Shown: one piece after another, positions 1 to 10,200 of the stretch | How positions within the stretch are numbered: position 1 is the stretch's first letter | Layout: every line of letters begins with the position of its first letter | Virus record (IMG/VR): IMGVR_UViG_3300025267_000096 | Coordinates: 1-26,307 of that record | Direction: 5' to 3' (one strand) | DNA from: a virus | Lineage: Duplodnaviria; Caudoviricetes | Length of the DNA stretch: 26,307 bases | Program-made: the position numbers and the translations under genes | Notes under the pieces: model-generated | What the model was told of the DNA's origin: nothing | What the model saw: only the letters and a program-made list of their open reading frames with translations | Database searches by the model: none

Positions 1-1200
1 CCCCCACCGTCAGATACCTTACCAAAAGAACCGGCACCTTTAGTGGTTGGCGAAGATGGAGCTAACAATCAAACTCCTGCTGATACAGCAGCTGAGCTTG
101 ACTCAGCTCTTGAGCAGGACACGGAAGGATTTATCTTAAAGACTGCTAGATTTTTAATGGGTGATGAATGGGAGGTTAAAAGAGGTGAGTATGGGGATAT
201 AGTGGCTGGCGCAAGAGAGCCAGCAACTGATGAGCAAATCCTTAAAGGTATATTTAATGATAACAGAGAGAGACATCAAGAGATCATTAGGCAGAGAAGG
301 GCTGCAGGTAAACCTGTTGGCTTGGGGGAATTAATTAGAAAAGGCGCTGGCGCTGTATATGATTATCTTGGTGATCTTTTTAGAGCTATTAAAGGAAAGG
401 ATTCTACAATGGAAGAGCAGCTTAGACAAAGCTTATCCACCGGAATGCTTGGAACAGAAAAGGGTGTACTTGATCCTGAGACAGAAGCTCTAATTAAGGC
501 TGATGAGTTAGCCGGAGTGTTTGACGTTGGCGAGCGATCAATGGCGCACCATGTTAAGAATGAACCAGACGCTATACTGAAAGCAATGAAAGCATCCGGC
601 CAGAATATCCCATGGTATAGAGATTTCGCTATAAAACATTTAGGAAAACAATCTAGAGATCATCTAGAAGATTACTTTGTAGGAAGAGAGCTGGTTGGAA
701 CAGAAGGATTAACCCCATGGAATATTTCACCAGAAGGAAGACTTGCCAGAATGGTAGATGGTCTTACAGCTGTAGTAAGGCAAGCAGAATCTGGAGGTGA
801 TGGATATAACGCTGTTGCACTGTCTGAACCAGATCCAAAATTAACTACAATGACTATTGGTCAGGTATATAGAAAGTATGGTGAAACGGCTACCGGTGCA
901 TTCCAGTTTAAACATAGCACTATATATGATGTGCTTAAACGAATGCTTGGAATGTCAGAGAGAGACATAGACAAGTTGGTTTATAACAAAACAAATCAAG
1001 ATAAAATATTTGAATACGCCCTAAAAGCTTTAGGTGTTAACAAGATGATAGCTGACGAAATAACTCAAGATGTTTTTCATAAGAGACTAGCTAATATGTT
1101 TAGATCCATTGGTCCTGATAAGGACTCTCGATTAGGGGAACCCTCTGACGACAAGGGAAATATAGTAAGAGGTATAGTAAACTATGAGGAATTTAAATAA
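1..1200 (+). CDS. 5'-truncated virion/ejection protein with a C-terminal lambda-R-like (lysozyme-fold) lytic transglycosylase domain
   Basis: Frame 1 is open from base 1, so the GTG at 43 is probably not the true start. The C-terminal part (about nt 760-1130) reads VVRQAESGGDGYN...MTIGQV...ATGAFQF..ST...NQDKI, matching the catalytic Glu, AxGxxQF and QD pattern of lambda-lysozyme-like muramidases. No Cys residues. Its TAA overlaps the next ATG (TAATG). Confidence 0.75.
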   Translation, partial: PPPSDTLPKEPAPLVVGEDGANNQTPADTAAELDSALEQDTEGFILKTARFLMGDEWEVKRGEYGDIVAGAREPATDEQILKGIFNDNRERHQEIIRQRRAAGKPVGLGELIRKGAGAVYDYLGDLFRAIKGKDSTMEEQLRQSLSTGMLGTEKGVLDPETEALIKADELAGVFDVGERSMAHHVKNEPDAILKAMKASGQNIPWYRDFAIKHLGKQSRDHLEDYFVGRELVGTEGLTPWNISPEGRLARMVDGLTAVVRQAESGGDGYNAVALSEPDPKLTTMTIGQVYRKYGETATGAFQFKHSTIYDVLKRMLGMSERDIDKLVYNKTNQDKIFEYALKALGVNKMIADEITQDVFHKRLANMFRSIGPDKDSRLGEPSDDKGNIVRGIVNYEEFK

Positions 1201-4200
1201 TGGCAATGCTTGAAACAGGATCATCACAAGGCATATTAAATAAGCTTAATCCTATTTCAACGGCTGGCGCCGCTGATGTTATAACAATACCTACCAGTCC
1301 AACTCCTAATTTTGATACTACACAGCAAGTAGATACTATTCTTTCTGTGGCTGGAGATCCAAATGATTGGAGCTTTTGGTATGATACGGTTGGAGAGTTT
1401 GGCGGATCAGTGCTTAGAATGGCGGCAGAGGTTCCAGATCTTCTAGGAAATGCAATAGAGTGGGGAGATAGGCGTATAACCATTGGTGGTATGTTTGAGG
1501 CTGATGATGATGATACTGATCTTGCGTCAAGGGGCGCAAAGGCTCTTAATAATTTTGCAGACTGGGTAGCTAGCGGCGCTGATCAAACATGGGTAGGAGA
1601 AGGAAGCGCCTATGTTCCTATGGATTTTGATAGAGCATTAGAAGCTGCTGCAGGTAAGTCTGGTGAATCTGGAATGGAAAGAGCATGGCCAATGCTTAAG
1701 TTTGTAAGAGACACATTTCCTCAAGCTGCTGCATATCTGGGTGCGGCATTTTTATTGGGTGGTGTTCCATTAGGGGCATCAGAGTTTAATAGAACCCTAG
1801 AAGATAGGATGTCAAACAAGGGTGAGGGTCTTGGCGCTGCTGACGCTGCTCCTGAAGATATAGGTATGGCATCAGTTGCTGCATTTCTTAATGTATTCCT
1901 CGAAAGATTTCCATGGATGGTTAATCTTTCTAATGCTGCCAAGAATAAGCAATTTGGGTTTCGTAGATTTATAGCTCTAGAAGAAGTAACAGAATTTGGT
2001 CAAGGCGCAGCTGAAGAGTTTTTAACTACTGTTGATACTATTAAAGGGGTAGACTTTAATAACGTATTAAAGCAGGGCCTGGCTGAAATGATTGGAGCGT
2101 TGGGTGTTGTAGTTCCAAGTGCTGGATTTGCCAAGAGTCGTCATGGTAGAATACATGAGCAGTACGTAGCCAGGCAGGCAAGACAAGAGGAGATAGCGCA
2201 GGGAAGAATTGACGCTGAGAATCAACTATCAGATGAAATAAAAGCTCTTGAACTTCAGATAATAGATGGTAAAAAGAAATCACAAATACCAGAGAAGCAT
2301 GACTACATAAAGTCTAGACGAGCTAAGATTAGGCAAAAGAAAGCTGCGATCAAAGCTTTAAGAAAAGCTAGAAAGGATGAGGTAGAGGCAAGACTATCAG
2401 AGGCAGCAGCTTTGTTCGAGCCTGTAGAGGCGGAAGCTGAGGCGGTTACTGAAGAGGCCCCATCAATAGCAATGCCTGAGCCTGGCCCGGCAACCGAAAC
2501 AAAAGAAGATAGAAGAAACATAAGAGAGGCATGGAGACAACAGCAAAGGGATGCGTATGAGAGGGGAGACAGGATACCCATTGTTACTGAGCCTGTAGCA
2601 GATACAGCTGAGGCAGCAAGACTTGGTGCCCAAGCTTATACAACTGATGTTGGGCTAGCTGTCGGTGCTCCAGCAGATACTACCAGGCTAGCAGAGATAG
2701 AAGCAGCTAGAGCAGCAGCTATTGAAGAGGGTAGGAGAGCGCTACCAAGAAGGGACATTACCCAAGAAGAGATAGACAGTGCTGTGCAAGTAGATCTGAC
2801 TCAATCAGATTTAGAAGCACAACGTAATCGAGTGTCTGACGCTATAATAGATGAGGTTGTGATGGAGCCTGAAGGCCCTTCAATGGAGGTTCTTCCGGGA
2901 GAGAGCATAGCTCAAGCCAGAGAAAGAATATACGGTGACCTATCTAAAAGGCCTGATTTTTATATAGATGAAAATGGAATTCCAACTATAGTAATAAGGG
3001 GTATGCCCACTCCTGTAGAGGAAGTAATTCCAGATGAAGATGTTATTCAGACAGGCCCAGCTGCTGGTCCAGCACAGATTGCCAGAGCTATAGAGACTCA
3101 GAATGAGGCCATCACTCAACAGGCTATGGATACTGGTGCTGCTGCCAAATTAGCAGAAGTTAGAGATATAAGCAATCGTGCTCAAGCTAATCAAATGGCT
3201 GCTAGGAATCGAGCATGGAATGTACGAAGGAGACAGAGAGCTGCTGAGAGAGCAAGGGAAGTAGAGGTAGCCAGACAAACTCAGTTAGCTGATGAGAACG
3301 CCAGAGCAATACTCTTTAGAATAGCTAATGAAGATGCAGAGGCTAACATAACTATTGATGAATTTGGTCAAAAGTATGAAACTATAAGAGATCAAGTAGG
3401 AGAAGACTATGCTCGTATATACTATGAAGAGCTGGCTCGTCTTGCTGGTGTATATGGTAATGTTCATACGCAGGAAGAGATCGCAGAACGTGGGCAACGT
3501 GTTGTAGAAGAGAAAGGTCCAGCAATATCGGGAATAGGTATTAACGCAGAGACTGGGCAAATTGAAGAAGTCGCTGGTCCTGTGGCTGGAGAAATAAATG
3601 ATGCTGTTGCTGAAGATTTAGGGCTAGTACTTTTTGATGATGCAGGATCTTACATCATCAAGGAAGAAGCAGATCCAATGGTCGAAGGTGATCTCCCAAG
3701 AGTTTATGTCTTGGTTAAGGTAACAGGTCCATCAGGAAAGGTTATAGAGATTCCATTTTATATTTCTACTGGAGCTGGAGGAAAGGTTGAAACTACAGTG
3801 GGAAAATGGTATCCAGTTATTGGCATAGGTAAGCAGGGTTGGATTAATAAAGGGAGCGGGGCTGAGTTGGCCGATTATTATGGCATACCTGAATTACGTG
3901 AAGCAGCAGAAAATCTTGATGCAACCATTGGAGATGTAAGAGATGCTGTTGAGATTACGGAACCACTTGAGTTCTCTAAAGGCAAACAACAACTTAATGC
4001 ACAACTGGTAGGTATAGGCGCAACAATAGTTCCAGATGCGTGGCCTTATATTAAAATTACTGAGAAAGAGGGCAGGAAGCCTAGAATTAGTGAGGGCACT
4101 GAGGGCGATCAACAAGTTGGACAGGTAGTAGCAAATAATATTTCTATGTTGAGAACATTTCTTGGTGGAGAAAGAGCTGATGTAACAGAACAAGTAGCAG

Positions 4201-7200
4201 AGCTTACAGAAGCTACCACAGTTGCAGTTCCAGAGGTAGAAGTCGAAGAGGCTATTAGACCGGAAGTTCCACCGTTAAGAGAACAACTTGCAGCAGAGGA
4301 AGTAGCTGATGAAGAAGGCGCCATTGCTGAGGAAGAAATTACTCAAGAAGAGATAGATGCTGGAACTTTTACACCTATTGACGTGGCAATAGCAGAAGCA
4401 AGGGATGGTGCATTCGCAGACATGGAAGTTCTAGTTGAGCGTGGCATATCTCCAGCCAATAGAAAGAGATTCTTTAATGCCGCAGAAAAAGAAATTAGAT
4501 TGCGTAATGGTGATGAAGCTGCGGATGCATATAAAGAGACTGCTACATTCCTGCAAGAGAGAACAATTGCTCGTGAAACTCAAGCTGAGATTTTAGAGCC
4601 ACCCACTACCAGAGAACCAGAACCAAGACCTATAGTAGCAGGGGAAGGTGATAGATCAATTACCGAAAGAGTTATTGATACTATTATACCTCCAGCAGAA
4701 GCCAAGGGTACTGTTGTTACAAAGCCAGTTTCGCCTGCATCAGAGGAAAAGATAATTGATGAGGAAGAGGCAGCTCCCAAAGCTAAGCCTGTTATCACTG
4801 GAGAAACTACACCACCAGCCCCTCCAACACCAGAAGATGATCAGGTAGTTGAAGCAGCACCTAAATCAACACGATGGCGTACATCAGATGACGGTAACTC
4901 AAGAACAACTACTCTACAGGGTAAGCCTGCAGAGGTATTCAAGAGTCCAGCTGACGACGCATACAGAGCTGTATATGACGGAGAGGTTCTTGATAAATTA
5001 TACAAGACGCTTGAAGAAGCAAAGAATGCCCTTGTTCTAGACTACGGTATTGAACCACAGATACAGTATGTAAAGAATCAGCAAGCTGCTGCAAAACAAC
5101 AGGCTGCAGAGAAAAGAGATTTAAAGAAAACTCGTGCTAAAGCTAGAGAGCCTGGTCCATTACCATTCATAGAAAGAACTGTCAATGAGCAGGGTGTACC
5201 AGTACAGATCATAGAAGAGGCTGAAGAGTTTACCCTAGTAATTGATGGTAACCCACATGAGACCTATGCTACAAGACGAAGAGCTGTTAATGCCGCCACA
5301 AAGATAGCGCTTGGTGATCTATCGGCATCCCTCAGAAAGCAGATAAGAGCACTCACAGCAGGGAAACGTAAGCTAGTGCGTGGAGCAGCTGCTCCTCTCA
5401 GGGAGACAGCGCGAGGACTTAGGGAAACAGCCAGAGTAGCTGGACGCATTCAAGCAACAGAGGCCAGAGAGATTGCTGGAACAAGGACAGAAAAAGCAAG
5501 ACTTGCCCCGCAGCAATTTATTAACCATTGGCCCGGAAAGAACTACAAGCAATACATAGGTCCAGTACCTAAAAGTGATACAGCAACAGCTAGACCAAAT
5601 GTTTCCAGACGTAGGGTAGGAGGCAGATGGGAAGTTGTGGTTAACTATCCAGGTGCAAGAAGGCTTAAGTTCAATGAAGACTTTACCATGTTCTCCCTTA
5701 AAAATGGAGAAGGGGCGCAGAACATAGTAGATTCTATAAAAACTAATGCTCAATTGTTTAAGGATTCATTGGTAGCTGCATATCAAGCTGGCGATCTTAG
5801 ACGTAGACAGTCACCTGTTGATGCCAGTAGAAATGAAGTCGTCTCTGGTGAGATGAATGATTCATTCTTTGAAAGGTGGGTTGGTGTACTAGAGGAAGCT
5901 GATTCTCCACAAGCTGCAGAAGTTTCACAGGCTTGGACAGACAAGGAGGTTGCAACAACTGAAGAGGTTGCAACTGAAGACACCTTTGAAGCTGACCAAG
6001 CAGCACAAAAAGAAGATGTATTACTACAGGCTGAGCAAGCCAAAGCCGATACAGCAGAAATCAGAGCGAAGGAAAGAGCAGACGAGGAAGCTCGTCGCAC
6101 TAGAGTTACAACCGGAAAGGGTAAAAAAAAAGTAGAGAGTAAGTATACTTTATACGATAAATCTCCTAAATTTATTTATCATGTAACACCAACAGATATT
6201 GTAGATAAACTTAAACGCGAAGGAATAAGTCCGTCAAAAGAAAGGGGAGAAACAGAATATACTCCAGGAGTTACTGACTTTGTTCATGTTGCTGGAAATT
6301 TAACTGATGCGAGAGTTTTTGCTGATTATCTTCAATCTGGTATAGGAAAGTTTGGAGCCGTTTGGGAGCCGGGCGAAGTTGGTGTAGTCTCTATAATTAA
6401 AATAACTAATGATGGTAGTCCATTATATCTTGATCCTAATAGAGGCGAAAGTAGGAAAGATATGAAGTGGTTAATCAGGAAGGAAAGTATATCTCCTGAT
6501 GACATAGTTAGCACTGAAAAATATAATCCAAATGTGCCACCGCTTCAAGTAGCCACTGACAAAAACGGAGTTGCCATATTTGAAGGAGGGCTAGACAAGC
6601 TTACACCCATCGCAGGAACCCATGTTAGCTCAAACATAGAGTCCTTGAGAGATGGATTTGAGATAAGATACTTTAAAAATGCTCCTGTTGGTGTCTCTGT
6701 TGCTAGAATCAAAAGTGAGGAGATGTCATCACCTACGTTAGCAGAGCCGGGCGGAACTCCCGGAGTTGTGTCTGTGATTGTCAGCGGTCGTGGGATGGAC
6801 TACACGGACCCGGCTGACAGGAAGATTATAGATCGCTTGCAAGCGGAGAGCAGAAAGAAGTCAGCTGCTGCAATAGCTAGAGGAGCAGTGCCAGGAACTC
6901 CAGAGACAATGATTTCCGCAATACCTGCGCTGCTTGAGCGTGGTATTGATTGGGTTAATGGTTGGAACGGTATTGGGGCAGACAGTGAGCTTCATGTCAT
7001 AAACCCAAGCATGATTGAAATAGTAGGTAGAGGTGAGCTTTCAGATAAAAATAGAAAACACATATTAGAAGGCAACATAGAGAGGATGTTGAGCAGAGGC
7101 GAGGAAGTACCAGATGATTATGGTAAGACTGAGGCGCCAAGAACTGGAATAAGAATACCCAAAGGATTTAAAAAGAAGTACGCACATCTAGATCCTGATG

Positions 7201-10200
7201 TATTCTACAATCTGGCTAGTGAGGCAGCTAAGAGAGGTATCGTTGACCCATTAGAGTTTGATAATTTTATTACCTCTAACCTAAGAATTATTGAGACAGA
7301 GGCTGAGCAAAGAGCCAAAGAGCAAGTAGTAACTGACGCTGACCTAGCGTTTGAGCTAACTGATTGGGCTGGGGCTGATGAAATAGCAGCCTTTAATGCA
7401 CAAGCTGTTAAAGATGCACAAGCAAAGAAGGCCAAGAAGAAGGCCGACAAAGTTAATCCACTAGCGATTCTGCTAGAAACCCCCGAAACATTACTTACCA
7501 ACCTAAAGAAAACTTCCCTCTATAAAGTGGGAGATCTTCAGGATTTAGCTGAGAACATTAAGGAGATTACACCAACCTTTATTGTTGCTAAAAAACGTAG
7601 CGCATTAGTTGAGTCGATCATGGATTGGCACGCTTTACAGAATCTACAAGAGAAAGCAACAGCCGAAGAGATAGGCGCAGCTATAGAAAAGCTACAAGAT
7701 AATATCACCAAGGATAATTTTATAGAGGATGATATCAATGGTGATATAAAAACTATCAGAGCCTCTGGTCGGGCTGATATTGTTATGCCTTTTGCAAATC
7801 CAGAGCAAGTTATAAACATGTTTGTTAAGGAGCTTAATGGTATATTTGGTGTTCGTGCAGTTAATAAGATGAGGGCTGACTCATTCATAACGTTCCTTCC
7901 AAATAGTGTAGCTCCGTATGCCGTTAAGGCATATGGTGTTACAATACCAAAGGACACAGCTGCTTTTGTAGTTGGTGGTGTAGATAGTGAAGGCCCGATA
8001 GCGCAAGTTTCTTTTATGCATGAAAATATAGCCAAGCACTTTGGGCAGGAATCTGTTAGAGGTATAATAATGCATGAGCTTGGTGTTCACTATGGCAAGA
8101 GAATGCTTGAGGGGCCTGAGTGGAGCAACGTTTTATCTACAGTTAAAAAGCTTTGGTATGATGGAGACAGAGATATAAGAGCGGCTACTTGGGTAGCTAT
8201 GCTTAACAACTATCCAGAGTATATGGGCATGTTGGGTGGCGGTAGGCTTAAGGCTGGAACTTTAAAACAGTTTAATGCATTAAATAAAGTTATAGAAGGA
8301 AAGCACTTAGAGGATGATACTAGGCCTGGAACTATGATTACTGGAGATGGTGTGGTTACTCGTGATATGCATGGAGATGTTATCCCTCCAGAAAGCGGTG
8401 GTTGGCAAATGCCTAACTTATCCTTAAGCTTTGAGCAAGGAAGGACCTTCTGGGAAGAAGTACTGGCTGAATATATTACCGCTAATCCACCAAGCAGAAC
8501 AAGAGTCAAGCCTTCCCTGTGGAGACAGATACAAGAGGCAGCTAGGAAGTTCTTTGTTAGAATGGCAGAGCTATTCTCTACAACTCCAGGGTTTAAGGGT
8601 CCTGACATTACTACAAGAGATTTGCAGGACATGGTTGCTTACCTTGTTCAGAATGTTCCAAGCCAGCAGAAGTACGAACATTCTCTTAGGCAGACTGGTG
8701 ACAGCAAGAGGCTAGCTGACAAAAGAAATCAGGCTAGAGCAAAGTTCTTAGAGGGGTCAATGATTACAACTCCAGTATACCATTCCAATCAAAATTGGAA
8801 GTACCACTTTCCAATCATAGATAAGATGGAACTTGGTATGCATTTTGGTAGTGTGGATGCAGCGTTGATGATGATAGCTAGGACTAGTTCTGAAAGATAT
8901 GGTAGTATATCAGAAGTTCCAGAAGGAAAGATAAGAAGTATAAATGAAGAGTCTGCACTATATGATCCTTGGATTCCAGAACAACTAAAGAAGTTAACTA
9001 ACAGAGACCTAGAAGGTATAGCTATAAGTTGGGGTGACTCGCATCTTGTTGACAGGTCAATGAAATTGCCTCGTTATGTGTTTGGAACTAATAATGTAAG
9101 ATGGAATCCAGAGCTAAAGGAGTACATGTTTAAGCAAGATAACGGTATAGAAATACCACTCTCTACTTTAACCAGACAAAAAGCAGATAACATATATGTT
9201 TTTGAGAAGGGCGCTCAATTAAAAGAGTTCTATATAAATATAAAGAACCCACTAATATTGAATACAGATATAAATAATTACAGTGATCCTATTGGATGGA
9301 TAAGATTTGCCAATTTGCCTGAAAGCCCGTTAGCACATCTAGCCACTAACTTCAGAGATGCTACACAAAGTATTGGACCTGACGATACTGTTGAGAAACA
9401 GATGTCTCCAGAGAATTTCAAAAAGTTTCAGAAATTTATTGATAAGGCTAGCAGGCATCAAGATGATACATATAGAGATATAGATGCTAGAGTTGACAAT
9501 GAGCAGATAGGCTTTACTGAGGGTGAATCATTAAAGGTTAGGCTAATGGAGTCTACCGCTTCTAGTTTAAGAAGACTCTTTCAAAGTATGGGCTATGACT
9601 CTCTCCAAGTAGTTAACTTTCTTGACGCTTCTCACACTATAGAGTACATAGTATTCGATGACTCAAATATTAAATCATCTGATTCATTAGAGTATACCCC
9701 AGAAAAGATGAGCCTTAATCTTATAAGGTCTATTGATGATACTGTCAAGGACGAGAAGGCAATCATGGCGCGGGGTACTGAGAGTACAACTAGGGCGCTA
9801 ATACAATCTGCTATTGGTGAGGGTAAATTAAGGAGTGGGTTGCAATCTATCCAGAGAGCAATAGAACCATTGCTTACTGTTCCTGGGTTTAACTTGCTAG
9901 AGACTCAGCGCATGCTGACTAAGGGTGAGATATGGAGCTGGGAAAATACAGGGCGTATAACATTTGATGTCCTCAATGAGGCTAACCCAAAAGAAAAGAA
10001 AGTTATATTTAAATACTTCACCGAGCAAGGTGCATCTCCAGATGGTCTGCCCGATAGAGATATAGAGGTAGCTACAAGAAGGACAGTTCTTGGTGGTACT
10101 AGAAAGAAGGGTGCGTTTCATTCTCCTACAGAAAAAATAAATATAAAGGCAAAGGTAATAGAGACTAAGGAGATAATTGAAAATATGGGTGAGGAACTGG

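Noticed and set aside
5397-5980. Short tandem duplications LRETARGLRETAR and EVATTEEVATE
   Set aside because: These are two-copy local duplications in low-complexity linker, not an array, and carry no spacer structure.
6123-6131. A9 run just before ART-1 as a programmed frameshift or phase-variation site
   Set aside because: It is explained by Lys-Lys-Lys in a basic linker. Both shifted frames stop within a few codons and no stimulatory structure is evident.
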